Virus record (IMG/VR): IMGVR_UViG_3300045988_037736
Coordinates: 1-64,000 of that record
Strand: one strand, 5' to 3'
DNA from: a virus
DNA: 64,000 bases
Shown here: in pieces, positions 1 to 10,069 of the stretch
Position numbering within the stretch: position 1 is the stretch's first letter
How the letters are laid out: every line of letters starts with the position of its first letter
Notes under the pieces: model-generated
Seen by the model: the letters and a program-made list of their open reading frames with translations, nothing else
Told to the model about the DNA's origin: nothing
The model's database searches: none
Position numbers and translations under genes: made by a program

Positions 1-646
1 AAAGAACCCTAAAGCAAAAGGTAGGGTCATTTATAGTTCTTGGGCTGAGAGATGGCATTATATAAGGCAAAAGAACAATCCTGTGCATATCTTCTGTACA
101 CAGGCCCAATATCTTGATGACCTTAATGGTCAGATAGAATGGTTCAAGAACAGAAGGGGAAATATGGCTTGCAGGAATAGGTGGCTCAAACTCTGTGGAG
201 ATAGGCTCAAGTACCTTAGTGACTGCAAAGTATCTATTGTGCTTAGAATACTCCAACATTGTGGCTATCAGAGGACACTAACATTCTGCAATAGCATAGA
301 GCAGACTAAGAAACTTGGTGAACATTGTATCAATAGTCAGAACTCAAAGTCAAATGATGTTCTTGAACTGTTTAACAAAGGTATAGTTCATCATATTACA
401 GCCTGTAATATGCTCAATGAAGGCATGAACCTTGTGGATTGCAGAGTTGGTATCTATGCCAATCTGAATAGTTCAGAGACCATTATCAAGCAGAGGGCAG
501 GTAGGTTGCTCAGGCATCCTAAACCTGTTATCATTATTCCCTATTATAAGGGAACAAGAGAAGAGGAACTTGTCAATAAGATGCTTGAAGATTATAATCC
601 AGAGCTTGTCAAAACTGTAAACTTTGTTGAAGAGATACAATTATGA
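1..646 (+). CDS. SF2/SNF2-type helicase, C-terminal domain only; the gene starts upstream of the window
   Basis: The frame is open from nt 2, and the ORF track begins only at an internal GTG at 83. The helicase motif VI 'QRAGRLLRH' (QRxGRxxR) is present, preceded by a motif V-like segment. It ends with TGA. Confidence 0.55.
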   Translation, partial: KNPKAKGRVIYSSWAERWHYIRQKNNPVHIFCTQAQYLDDLNGQIEWFKNRRGNMACRNRWLKLCGDRLKYLSDCKVSIVLRILQHCGYQRTLTFCNSIEQTKKLGEHCINSQNSKSNDVLELFNKGIVHHITACNMLNEGMNLVDCRVGIYANLNSSETIIKQRAGRLLRHPKPVIIIPYYKGTREEELVNKMLEDYNPELVKTVNFVEEIQL

Positions 647-1248
647 AAATTGCAATCGACGAGGAAATATGCAAGAAGATGGGAATGACACTCCCTGAAG
701 TGCTTGCAACAGTCTTAGTAAAGACTGGCGTTGATGTAGGTGAACTCTTCAAAGAACTTCAACAGAAGCAAGTCCTTGTGACTCAGAACACCCTAATAGG
801 GAAAACTTTGTTAGTTACCCAAAGATGGGATGATGTTGTCTCAAATATCCTACTTTCTTCTGACACTTCTGTGCCAGGAGAAGATAGGATTGAAAGGCTT
901 GCTTCTACACTGATGCAGATTTTCCCTCAAGGAAAGAAAGATGGTACTAATACCTATTGGAGAGGGAACATCAAAGACACCAAGCTTAAGCTCAAGAAAT
1001 TCTTCAAACTGTATGGCAGTAAGTATTCTGATGAACAGATTATTACTGCTACAAAGAAGTATGTGGAATCCTTTAATGGAAACTACTCCTATATGAGAGT
1101 TCTTAAATACTTCATTTGGAAAGATGTGAGGAAGCAAGATTCAGAAGGTAGATTCTATGTAGAAGAAGTCTCTGACCTTGCCACCCTTATTGAGAATGCA
1201 GGACATGAAGAAGTACTAAGAGATGACTGGACATCAACAACTGTCTAA
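643..1248 (+). CDS. hypothetical protein
   Basis: 201-aa ORF whose start overlaps the upstream stop (ATGA). The sequence is not low-complexity. It sits in the replication module. Confidence 0.4.
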   Translation: MKIAIDEEICKKMGMTLPEVLATVLVKTGVDVGELFKELQQKQVLVTQNTLIGKTLLVTQRWDDVVSNILLSSDTSVPGEDRIERLASTLMQIFPQGKKDGTNTYWRGNIKDTKLKLKKFFKLYGSKYSDEQIITATKKYVESFNGNYSYMRVLKYFIWKDVRKQDSEGRFYVEEVSDLATLIENAGHEEVLRDDWTSTTV

Positions 1249-1250
1249 CT

Positions 1251-2432
1251 ATGGGAAAGTTAAAGAATGACATCCAAAGACTCCGAAACAGGAGACAAAG
1301 AGTTCTTGATGGGAAGTATAATTGCATTCCATTTCCTTTCCCAAGGTTTAGAAGGCTGTTTCCTGGATTGGAGCAAGAGAAGTTCCTGGTTGTGACTGCC
1401 AATCAGAAGATTGGTAAGAGCAAGTTTACTGATTATATATTGGTATATGAGCCTCTGTTCTTTTCTATGGAACATCCTGAACTTAAGGTAAAGATTCTTT
1501 ATTTCACCTTGGAGATGAGTCCTTCTGCAAAGAGAGATGAGTTCTATTGCCACCTGTTATATAGACTTGATGGCATAAGAATATCTCCTACTGATTTGAG
1601 AAGTACTGACCAAGAAAGACCTGTTGATGAAAAGATTCTTGAACTGCTTGAATCTGAGAGATATAGACCATACATTGAAAAGTTTGATGAAATGGTTGAG
1701 TTCATTGATGAAGATAAGAATCCTACTGGTATCAATAAAAGATGCAGAGATTATGCTTTATCTCATGGACATCTCAATTTCAAGGAGGTTGATGTTGTTG
1801 ACCCTCTTGATGATACAAAAGTCACCAAGAGGAGAGTGGTTGACTCTGACAATCCCTATACCCCAGATGACCCTGAGGAATATAGGATTGTCATAGTTGA
1901 CAATGCTTCAAACCTTGCACTTGAAAGTGGAATGAAGAAGATGGAGAACATTGATAAACTTGCTAAGTATGGTATAACCTTGAGAAATCAGCTCAAGTAT
2001 ATCTTTGTTCTCATACAGCATCAAGCACAAGCACAGGAAGGTGTTGAAAATCAGAAACTTAACAAGATTAAACCATCTTCTGATGGTCTTGCAGACTGTA
2101 AGACTACAACAAGAGATGCCAACTTTGTCCTTGGTCTTTACAGTCCTTATAAATATGGACTGAGAGAATATGAAGGTTATGACATAACAAAGTTTGGAAA
2201 CTTCATCAGGTTCATGGAAGTTATTGAGGATAGAGATTATGGTGCAAGCAACAACATATGTCCTTTGTTCTTTGATGGTGCAGCAAGTACTTTTGCAGAG
2301 CTTCCAAGAGCTGATGATAAGGAGGGACTTGAAAAAGTTTATGCTTACATTCAGACACTGAAACAACCAAAGAAGAAGGGTATTTCCTTCTTCATGAAAT
2401 CAATAAAATCATTATTTAACAAGAATGGCTAA
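1251..2432 (+). CDS. DnaB-like (SF4) replicative helicase RecA-type domain
   Basis: Walker A-like 'TANQKIGKSKF' is present. 'YFTLEMSPSAKRDEF' matches the DnaB H2 motif (FSLEMS). A Walker B-like 'IVIVDNASNL' is also present. The gene lies next to the primase. Confidence 0.5.
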   Translation: MGKLKNDIQRLRNRRQRVLDGKYNCIPFPFPRFRRLFPGLEQEKFLVVTANQKIGKSKFTDYILVYEPLFFSMEHPELKVKILYFTLEMSPSAKRDEFYCHLLYRLDGIRISPTDLRSTDQERPVDEKILELLESERYRPYIEKFDEMVEFIDEDKNPTGINKRCRDYALSHGHLNFKEVDVVDPLDDTKVTKRRVVDSDNPYTPDDPEEYRIVIVDNASNLALESGMKKMENIDKLAKYGITLRNQLKYIFVLIQHQAQAQEGVENQKLNKIKPSSDGLADCKTTTRDANFVLGLYSPYKYGLREYEGYDITKFGNFIRFMEVIEDRDYGASNNICPLFFDGAASTFAELPRADDKEGLEKVYAYIQTLKQPKKKGISFFMKSIKSLFNKNG

Positions 2433-3105
2433 CATTTGTCTCATTTTGGGCAAGACTGGCACTGGTAAATCTTCAAGTATCAGAGGTCTTGACCCTAAGG
2501 AAACAGTTATCTTCAATGTATTGAAGAAAAGGCTTCCTTTCAAAGGAAGTAAGTCTTTGTACAATGAAGAGAACAAGAACCTCTTTAATGTAGATGACTA
2601 TGCTACTATTGTAAATTACATGCAGGGAGTTGACAAGTCTGCTCCTCATGTAAGGAACATAGTTATTGAGGATGCTACCTACATCATGAGGAAAGAGTAT
2701 TTCAAGACTGCCAAAATCTCAGGCTTCAATAAGTTTGTAGACATGGCAGCACATTTCCAGAGCATTGTCAGCACTGCTGAGAACCTCAGGGATAACCTTA
2801 ATGTGTTTATCATCATGCACTGTGAGGAAATCTTCTCGGACAATACTATTGTCGGGTACAAGACTTCTACAGTGGGTAAGCTCATTGACAACAGCTATAA
2901 TCCTGCTGAGGTGGTTCCTATGACTTTATTCTCCTCTGTCAAGTATAATGATAAGGGAGAGGCAAGTTATGGATTCTATACACACAGATGTATGGAAGGT
3001 GGAGTTGAAATTCCTGCCAAGTCTCCTGCTGATATGTTTGAACAGGACTTCATCCCCAATGATTTGGGTCTTGTTGTAAGAGCAATGGATGAATATTATA
3101 ACTAA
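2425..3105 (+). CDS. P-loop ATPase, AAA_24/Sak4-like
   Basis: Walker A 'GKTGTGKS' lies at residues 9-16 and Walker B 'IVIEDATY' follows. Size (226 aa) and position next to helicase/primase are typical of phage AAA_24 ATPases. Confidence 0.45.
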   Translation: MANICLILGKTGTGKSSSIRGLDPKETVIFNVLKKRLPFKGSKSLYNEENKNLFNVDDYATIVNYMQGVDKSAPHVRNIVIEDATYIMRKEYFKTAKISGFNKFVDMAAHFQSIVSTAENLRDNLNVFIIMHCEEIFSDNTIVGYKTSTVGKLIDNSYNPAEVVPMTLFSSVKYNDKGEASYGFYTHRCMEGGVEIPAKSPADMFEQDFIPNDLGLVVRAMDEYYN

Positions 3106-3123
3106 AAAAAAACAAAAGAAAAC
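3103..3123 (+). promoter_or_regulatory. recurrent A-tract upstream element 'aacaaaaaaaaa(c)aa' before the start codon
   Basis: The same motif recurs upstream of the ATGs at 3124, 3574, 5533 and 16157, and in related form before 20875. It is consistent with the SD-independent A-rich leaders of Bacteroidota genes. Confidence 0.35.
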
Positions 3124-3543
3124 ATGAGAGAATTATCAACTAGAGAAATTGCTGCCATTAAGAGGCAGTTTAAGAACTCTCTTCCTGCAATGAAGAAGAT
3201 TGAGTCTATTGACTTGAAGATTGCAAAACTTCAGGAAGAGAGAGCTATTCAGCAAGCTATCCTTGATGGTGGTGAAGCTGGTATCATGGCAATGACTGGT
3301 GGCTATAGGTCTGTAGACCTTATTACTTGCACCTACGAGCCTCAGTTCAATGAGGATGGTACTCCTAAGATGGACAAAGAGGGCAAGTATCAGGTCAAGA
3401 ACCAGGTGCTCACTTTTCATGCTCCTGTAGAAGTAGAGGAAGTTCCTATGGAACCTACTTCGGAGGTGGATGATACTCCTAATGGTGAGATAGAGACCAC
3501 TGCTGCTGATGCAGCCTTCAACCCTCTTGAAGGACTTGAATAA
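3124..3543 (+). CDS. hypothetical protein
   Basis: 139-aa ORF preceded by the A-tract motif. Confidence 0.35.
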   Translation: MRELSTREIAAIKRQFKNSLPAMKKIESIDLKIAKLQEERAIQQAILDGGEAGIMAMTGGYRSVDLITCTYEPQFNEDGTPKMDKEGKYQVKNQVLTFHAPVEVEEVPMEPTSEVDDTPNGEIETTAADAAFNPLEGLE

Positions 3544-3573
3544 CAAAAAAAAACAAACTAATAACAGACTACA

Positions 3574-4512
3574 ATGAGTAACAAAGGTTTTCTTTTTATG
3601 GCTATTGCCAAAGGTAAGGAATCTACAGAAAGTGATTTCAAAAGGTACATTGGTGTAGCTCCCTGCTTCATCAAAGGTCTTAACCCCACTAAGGCTCAGC
3701 TTGAGGAGATTTATGGCAATCCTCAGGACAAAGAGCCTGAATATGTAGGTGAGGTAGAAGTTACTGAGGGTGAATCAAAAGTAAAGTATCCCAATGTAAG
3801 GCTTAGCTTCCTTACACTCCCCGACCCTGAAAAGGTAGGTGTTGAACTCAAGCCCATCAGTGTGGCTCTCTTCCTTCAGAAGAGGTTCAAGTATAATAAG
3901 GACAAGACCAAAGTACAGGTCATTGACAAGTATGGTAGAACTGCATGGGTTACCATCGAGGAGTGCAAGAATCATGAGATTCCCATGTACAGCAATGGCC
4001 CTGCCAATCTTGACAAGGACTATAGACCTGCTTATGTAGGTGAGGAAGAGCTTACCAACTTCCTTATTGCTTACCTCAATATCCCCTCTGTGATGAGGTA
4101 CAATCAGGGAGAGAAGAAATGGTATATGGTAGAGCATCCTGAGGAGTCAGAGTGCAGACTTGACCATATTGAAGACTACTTCAAGGGCAACTTCTCTGAG
4201 CTGAGAGATGCTCTTTCCCTTCAGCCTACCAACAAAGTCAAGATACTGTTTGGTATCAGAACTGACAATGAAGGCAGACAGTATCAGGCTGCTTTCACTC
4301 AGATGTTCCTGAAGAACAGTATCACTGATTACAGTAAGCTGGATGCAAATGTACAGGAAAGGAAGAACAATGGTGCTTATGCCACTACTGAGTTTGAAAT
4401 AGTAGACTTCCATGAGTACTCTGTAAAGAGTTCTACTATCACTGACAATGCAGCTGATGACCCCTTTGCATCTTCAGCTCCTGCTGCTTCAAATCCCTGG
4501 GATAACAAGTAA
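3574..4512 (+). CDS. hypothetical protein (replication module)
   Basis: 312-aa ORF preceded by the A-tract motif. No diagnostic motif was recognised. Confidence 0.4.
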   Translation: MSNKGFLFMAIAKGKESTESDFKRYIGVAPCFIKGLNPTKAQLEEIYGNPQDKEPEYVGEVEVTEGESKVKYPNVRLSFLTLPDPEKVGVELKPISVALFLQKRFKYNKDKTKVQVIDKYGRTAWVTIEECKNHEIPMYSNGPANLDKDYRPAYVGEEELTNFLIAYLNIPSVMRYNQGEKKWYMVEHPEESECRLDHIEDYFKGNFSELRDALSLQPTNKVKILFGIRTDNEGRQYQAAFTQMFLKNSITDYSKLDANVQERKNNGAYATTEFEIVDFHEYSVKSSTITDNAADDPFASSAPAASNPWDNK

Positions 4513-4515
4513 AGT

Positions 4516-5508
4516 ATGATAAGCTCAGGTGAACCCTTTGTATCTTTGGAAGATATATATAAGGTAACAACTGAAGCTGAAATAGCCCACTACTATTTAG
4601 GTGTGTCTAACATACCATGCAAGATAAACAGTCCATTGAGGTTAGACAGAAGTCCCTCATTTGGACTGTTTTCTCCTAATGGTAGCAGGATAACTTGGAT
4701 AGATTTCTCCTCTGGAGAGAGGGGAGGTATATTCGACCTGCTTGGAAAGATGTGGAACACTAGTTTTAAGGAGACTCTTGCAAGAATATATAAGGACTTC
4801 AATAAATTCAATGGAAGTGTTAAGATAGACTCCACAGGGCATTTGCCAATGGCACCTCGCATCAATGTAGGAAATAATGATGTTATAATGGAGTGCAAAG
4901 TTAGAGAGTGGAGGAAGCATGATATTGAATATTGGGAGTCTTATGGTATATCATTAGAGTGGCTTAAGTATGCTAATGTGCATCCTATATCTCACAAGAT
5001 AATAATCAAGAATGGTCAAAGATATGTCTTTGGAGCTGATAAGTATGCTTATGCTTATGCAGAGTTCAAGGATGGAAAAACCACTTTGAAGATTTACCAG
5101 CCATACAACAAGCAAGGATTCAAATGGAGCAACAAACATGATAGGTCTGTAATAAGCCTGTGGACAAAAGTGCCACCTACAGGGGATAGAGTATGTATAT
5201 GCTCTTCTCTAAAAGATGCACTATGTCTATGGTCTAATACAGGGATTCCTGCTTTGGCAATACAAGGTGAAGGATATACTATCAGTGATACTGCTGTTAG
5301 TGAATTGAAACGCAGATTCAAGAATGTCTATATCTTACTTGATAATGATGAGGCAGGACTGAAAGATGCTGAAATATTAGCTTCAAAAACTGGGTTCACT
5401 AACATAGTACTACCTAACATCAATGGTGCGAAAGATGTGTCAGACCTCTATCTTTCCCTCCAGGACAAAGAACAATTCCAAAAGATTATGATAGGTCTAT
5501 TTGATTAA
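4516..5508 (+). CDS. DnaG-type primase (TOPRIM domain)
   Basis: 'ILLDNDEAG' is the canonical TOPRIM DxDxxG motif. It is preceded by a conserved Glu-containing strand 'LAIQGEGY'. A possible zinc-binding N-terminus is present. Confidence 0.6.
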   Translation: MISSGEPFVSLEDIYKVTTEAEIAHYYLGVSNIPCKINSPLRLDRSPSFGLFSPNGSRITWIDFSSGERGGIFDLLGKMWNTSFKETLARIYKDFNKFNGSVKIDSTGHLPMAPRINVGNNDVIMECKVREWRKHDIEYWESYGISLEWLKYANVHPISHKIIIKNGQRYVFGADKYAYAYAEFKDGKTTLKIYQPYNKQGFKWSNKHDRSVISLWTKVPPTGDRVCICSSLKDALCLWSNTGIPALAIQGEGYTISDTAVSELKRRFKNVYILLDNDEAGLKDAEILASKTGFTNIVLPNINGAKDVSDLYLSLQDKEQFQKIMIGLFD

Positions 5509-5532
5509 CAACCAAAAAAAAATAATGAAAAC

Positions 5533-6264
5533 ATGGAAGCAAGAAAAATTACAGTTGTTTCTACGAAAACTCAGAAAAAGAGTGTAATCATGTCAGGTGC
5601 CGAGACACTTGGCGAATTGAAGAAAGACCTCAATGAGGCAGGTATTGACTACGATGGTATGACCTTCTTTGAAGGCACCTCGAAGACTGAACTCAAGACA
5701 GATGAGTCTGTTCTTCCCAAGGATGTACCTTACACCAACAGAACTACAGGTGAAACTATAAACACTAATGAACTGGTGTTTATGCTCACCAATACCAACA
5801 AGAAAATCAGGTCAGGTGCTATGACTAGAACTGAGGCTTACAATACTATCAAGGCTCAGGGTCTTCAGGGTGCCTGTGTAGCTATGTATGGCAAAAACTT
5901 TACACAGTGCTCTACCAATGACCTTATCCTTCTCATTCAGAAGAAGGGCAAGAAAGCTGCTACTGCCCCTGTAAAGGAGCAGCCTGCACCTACAAAAGTT
6001 GAGACTGTAGCTACTACTCCTGCTACTCCCTCTGTTCCTGCACCTGTAGCAAAATGTGTTGATGTACAGGTAAGAGCTGCCATCACTGAACTTACAAGGG
6101 TTCTTTGTGAGGAGGGTACCATTGAGGAGGATACCAAAGATGAGGTTCTCAATATCCTTGGTGGGGGTGCTGTAGTTCCTACAGTATCTGACAATTATAA
6201 GCCTGATTCTGCCTCTCCCTACAGCGACAATGAGATTGATGCCATGTTCAGAGGTATGTGCTGA
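5533..6264 (+). CDS. hypothetical protein with Ala/Pro/Thr-rich linker
   Basis: 243-aa ORF. It contains the linker 'KKAATAPVKEQPAPTKVETVATTPATPSVPAPVAK' between two globular parts. Confidence 0.4.
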   Translation: MEARKITVVSTKTQKKSVIMSGAETLGELKKDLNEAGIDYDGMTFFEGTSKTELKTDESVLPKDVPYTNRTTGETINTNELVFMLTNTNKKIRSGAMTRTEAYNTIKAQGLQGACVAMYGKNFTQCSTNDLILLIQKKGKKAATAPVKEQPAPTKVETVATTPATPSVPAPVAKCVDVQVRAAITELTRVLCEEGTIEEDTKDEVLNILGGGAVVPTVSDNYKPDSASPYSDNEIDAMFRGMC

Positions 6265-7376
6265 TAGCACAGCCTATAGGCAATAACCCATGGGGAAGAG
6301 AGGAGCAATACCTTTCTTCCCCATTTTTTTTTGCATTTTATATGACAGAACATGACCCTATATCAATAGTCCACAGCATCTTTGCTGACTTCTTTGGTGA
6401 AGAGAATGTGGACTTGCAAGGACAGATTATCATAGTTCACTTCCCTAAAGTTACAGTGACTAATGAGCACAACCGAAGTGTTGATATAACCCACCTGTGG
6501 GTGAAAGTCAAAGTATCTCTTAACGGAACTATAGATGGCACATTTCAGATGATGAGGTCTGAGTTTACAGCAACTCAGTTTGCAAGTGGTTACAGCCATT
6601 CTCATATACCAAGCATTAGTAGAACTGGTCTTTCTTGGGCTAGTCCCTGTCTTGGTGATGGACCTATAAGGAGCACTATCACCTCTCTATCTACAGAGTT
6701 TTCTGAAGAGATGTGGAACTTATTTTGTCTTGAACTATCAAAGTATGTCACTGTAGAATCTCTCAGTGGAGGCCCTTATATACGTCTTGAAACTATAGGA
6801 ACTAGCAGGAGAAGTACTGAGGAAATTACATTCCCACTTGAACCTGCTATGGACGATATAAGACTTAGGGAGGATATAAAACAGAGCATAGCAGCTTTCA
6901 TTCCTGCGATACTTAGTAAGAAGCCTTTTGGGTTTAACTTCTTCAATGGAAGCTATGGTATTGCAATGTCTGAAAGAGACCTCTTTATCACTTTGAGCAA
7001 CTTGTTCATTGAATATTACAACTCCCTACCTGCTTCACAACAGACCCCAATAGAAGACCTATTTTCCGCAGGTATCTTGTGTAAAGGTAAACTTATTGGC
7101 AACAAATTGTACTATGTCTATGATGGTGACCCAAATGCAGTTACTAACCATAGAGATATGATAGGGAGAAATATGTTGAGGTTCAAGAATAGCACCATAA
7201 CTCTCAACATTACTAATGATTCAGTTGCAGAAGATGACCCTAATATGTCTATCTTCCTGTCGAAGATTGTAGTAAAGGCTATAATTGATAGAATTTTAAG
7301 AACAATAAATAACAAGTATGGACAACCAAGCAACCAAGAAGATGATTTCTCTGGAGAAGCACACAGATACTTATAA
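6258..7376 (+). CDS. hypothetical protein, possibly an E2/UBC-like partner of the downstream JAB/E1 pair
   Basis: 372-aa ORF translationally coupled to the JAB gene. The segment 'SHIPSISRTGLSWASPCLGDG' loosely resembles the E2 HPN...C-L active-site region. This is a weak similarity only. Confidence 0.3.
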   Translation: MLIAQPIGNNPWGREEQYLSSPFFFAFYMTEHDPISIVHSIFADFFGEENVDLQGQIIIVHFPKVTVTNEHNRSVDITHLWVKVKVSLNGTIDGTFQMMRSEFTATQFASGYSHSHIPSISRTGLSWASPCLGDGPIRSTITSLSTEFSEEMWNLFCLELSKYVTVESLSGGPYIRLETIGTSRRSTEEITFPLEPAMDDIRLREDIKQSIAAFIPAILSKKPFGFNFFNGSYGIAMSERDLFITLSNLFIEYYNSLPASQQTPIEDLFSAGILCKGKLIGNKLYYVYDGDPNAVTNHRDMIGRNMLRFKNSTITLNITNDSVAEDDPNMSIFLSKIVVKAIIDRILRTINNKYGQPSNQEDDFSGEAHRYL

Positions 7377-8487
7377 ATTAGTTATCCCTGCTGATGTAGA
7401 GAAGAAAATAAGACACCTTTGCAATAGGGTTTCACAGGTGGAGTGGTCTGGTACACTGTTCTACACGCATAGTGGCTCATACGAGGAGGGAACTCTTGAG
7501 ATAAGATGTGTGGACATATTCCCAATGGACATTGGTTCACAGGCATATACAGAGTTTGACATGTCTCCTGATGTAATAGCTTACATGACTGGCCATCCTG
7601 AACTGTTAGATTGCCAGATGGGACTTATACATAGCCATAATAATATGGCTACTTTCTTCAGTGGTACAGATACTGCCACCTTAAGGGAGGAGGGAAATGA
7701 TAGGAACCATTTTGTAAGCCTTATTGTAAATAATGCAGGAACCTATACTGCTGCTATTACAAGGAAACTCACAACCAAGAAGGTAATAAACTCTACTTAT
7801 ACTTATAAGACCTTTGAAGATGTTGAGAAGACAGGCACTAGAACTGTGGAAGTAGAGGAAGAGGTGATTGCATATAATTACCTCAATATCATCAAGGAGG
7901 GTGAGGTAACTGAACCCTTTCTTGAAATTGATGAAAGGCTGGAGGCAATCAAGAAGAATAAGGCTACAGCAGCTCCTACAAAAGCTCCATTGTCAACTAC
8001 TCCTTATCATAGTAGCCTTCCTTTCACTCCTCCCACATATCCCAAAGCTAAAGAAGTCAAGCCTGTACAACAGAGTACACTCTTTGATGAAGGGTTCATG
8101 GAAAGTGAACCACCAAGAGTAGTTTCTGCTGACCCTAATGAGATAGATATTACTATCCCAGCACCTGTAGTGAGAGCTACCACACTACAACTTATCACAG
8201 GTTCAATAGCTATTGCTGATGCAAGTAGAATTGACCCTGTGAAATGGTCAGGTCAGATGGTGGGTCTGTTTGACAAGAGATTTGATAAAGATGAATCTCT
8301 CTTTGCATTATGGGCTGAAACTATGGCAGAGTTTGTCTTAACTAACTTTGTACCAGATGAATATGCTCACTTTGAAGAGGAGTATATATCAGAACTGTGT
8401 CAAGCAGTCTATATGACTCTTGATAAGTTACCCAAGAATAAATATATTAAAGCAATTCAAGACGCATTAATTACATGGATGTTATAA
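7318..8487 (+). CDS. JAB/MPN (JAMM) metalloprotease domain protein
   Basis: The complete JAMM motif is present: upstream Glu 'EIRCVD', then 'HSHNNMATFFSGTD' (H-x-H-x7-S-x2-D). A ~250-aa C-terminal extension follows. The real start may be the internal ATG near 7342. Confidence 0.7.
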   Translation: MDNQATKKMISLEKHTDTYKLVIPADVEKKIRHLCNRVSQVEWSGTLFYTHSGSYEEGTLEIRCVDIFPMDIGSQAYTEFDMSPDVIAYMTGHPELLDCQMGLIHSHNNMATFFSGTDTATLREEGNDRNHFVSLIVNNAGTYTAAITRKLTTKKVINSTYTYKTFEDVEKTGTRTVEVEEEVIAYNYLNIIKEGEVTEPFLEIDERLEAIKKNKATAAPTKAPLSTTPYHSSLPFTPPTYPKAKEVKPVQQSTLFDEGFMESEPPRVVSADPNEIDITIPAPVVRATTLQLITGSIAIADASRIDPVKWSGQMVGLFDKRFDKDESLFALWAETMAEFVLTNFVPDEYAHFEEEYISELCQAVYMTLDKLPKNKYIKAIQDALITWML

Positions 8488-9314
8488 CAACAAATACCTT
8501 AGGATTATCTGAAGCAGAGGTTGCACTTCTTGAAGCAACTTTGGCACAGGCACATGAGGATAACAGGCAGATTCTGCCTCCTAATTCAGAATCACTCCTA
8601 ATAGATGAATCTTCTTCGAGATTCAGTTCTGCCATATGGTTTAAAGAAATAGGAAAGCGGATAGTAACTCTTGCTGGACTTGGAGGTATTGGCAGCTATG
8701 TTGCCTTCCTTCTTGGCAGACTTAAGGTAAACGAGATAATCATCTATGATGATGATACTGTAGATGAAACCAACCTATCAGGACAGATGTTCTCTAGAGA
8801 GGACATAGGACGTTCCAAGACAGTTGCAGTATGTCAGATGCTTAGGGACTATTCCACCTATTATAATATTATAAGTAGGAGTGAAAGGTTTACACATACC
8901 TCTCCTGCTACTAACATTATGATATGTGGCTTTGACAATATGTCGGCAAGAAAGACTTTCTATGAGAGATGGAGAAACTATGTTATGGGCAAACCTGAAG
9001 AAGAAAGAAGTAATTGTCTCTTTATTGATGGTAGGCTTGCAGCAGAGGAGTTCCAAGTATTTTGCATCAAAGGTACTGACAACTTCCTTATGAATAAATA
9101 TGAGGCAGAGTGGCTGTTCCAAGATGGTGAGGCAGAAGCAACACTATGTTCTTACAAACAGACAAGTTTCTGTGCCAATATGATTGCATCTGTTATGATA
9201 AATCTCTTTGTCAACTTCATAGCAAACAAATGTGAACCTCTCATTGAGAGGGAACTTCCTTTCTACACCAACTATGATGCAGAAAGGATGTACTTCAAAA
9301 CTGAAATGGTATGA
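8475..9314 (+). CDS. E1-like ThiF/MoeB-family adenylyltransferase
   Basis: Rossmann motif 'GLGGIGS'. 'DDDTVDETNLSGQ' matches the E1/MoeB DxDxVExSNLxRQ signature. 'FDNMSARK' matches the MoeB DN..AR motif. It overlaps the JAB gene by 13 nt. Confidence 0.7.
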   Translation: MDVITTNTLGLSEAEVALLEATLAQAHEDNRQILPPNSESLLIDESSSRFSSAIWFKEIGKRIVTLAGLGGIGSYVAFLLGRLKVNEIIIYDDDTVDETNLSGQMFSREDIGRSKTVAVCQMLRDYSTYYNIISRSERFTHTSPATNIMICGFDNMSARKTFYERWRNYVMGKPEEERSNCLFIDGRLAAEEFQVFCIKGTDNFLMNKYEAEWLFQDGEAEATLCSYKQTSFCANMIASVMINLFVNFIANKCEPLIERELPFYTNYDAERMYFKTEMV

Positions 9315-10069
9315 CAATCTCTTATGCACTTAGTAACAGTCTGAGAAGTAACACTTTTGGACCCTCTGATAGGTGGCACGACACTGTCAGTCCCCCTCCC
9401 AGCTATGAGAATAATGGAAGGTTCTCTAGATTTCTTGAGGTAATTGTTCCTTGTTCTGGAGAATGCTTTGTGCCTGTGCTAGGTATTTCAAATACCATAA
9501 GCTTTATAAAACACTGGCTTGATTCAGTATCTCCTACACGGCCAATAAAGCTCTCCTATCCTCTCTTCGTAGGTGGAAAGGGGGTGAGAAAAACAGCAGA
9601 CTCTATCATACAATCTATTAACAACTGCCCTGAGGACCTGAGGCTTAGTAATATTATTACTTCAAAAGGTCTTGACTATTATGGGGGACAAGGGCTTATC
9701 TTTGATGAGAACTGGAATCCTCTTATGCTCTGTGGGTACATCATTAACATTGATAGGATTAACAAAGTTATACGGATTGTAAAGCCTGTATGCCATGTTT
9801 CTCCTGATGTCATTGAGAATAAGGATATTCTGTCAAAGGCTATCATAAAGAAAGTTGTTCCCTTTATAAGCACTAGAGGCGCAGATGTTCCAGTCCTTTT
9901 TAGGAGAAGCCACTGTGTCACTTTCAACTCTGAGAGCTTTCAGTGTATCCCTGTGACAATATGTTGCTTGAATGACTTCTTTGTTACTCCTAAAGCACCT
10001 AGGTTCATAGAACATCTTGATGATGCTATATGGGGCTTTCTTGAAGAGCATGTAAATGACTTAATATGA
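9311..10069 (+). CDS. hypothetical protein (coupled to E1-like gene and UDG)
   Basis: 252-aa ORF with 4-nt overlaps on both sides. It is Cys-rich. Confidence 0.4.
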   Translation: MTISYALSNSLRSNTFGPSDRWHDTVSPPPSYENNGRFSRFLEVIVPCSGECFVPVLGISNTISFIKHWLDSVSPTRPIKLSYPLFVGGKGVRKTADSIIQSINNCPEDLRLSNIITSKGLDYYGGQGLIFDENWNPLMLCGYIINIDRINKVIRIVKPVCHVSPDVIENKDILSKAIIKKVVPFISTRGADVPVLFRRSHCVTFNSESFQCIPVTICCLNDFFVTPKAPRFIEHLDDAIWGFLEEHVNDLI

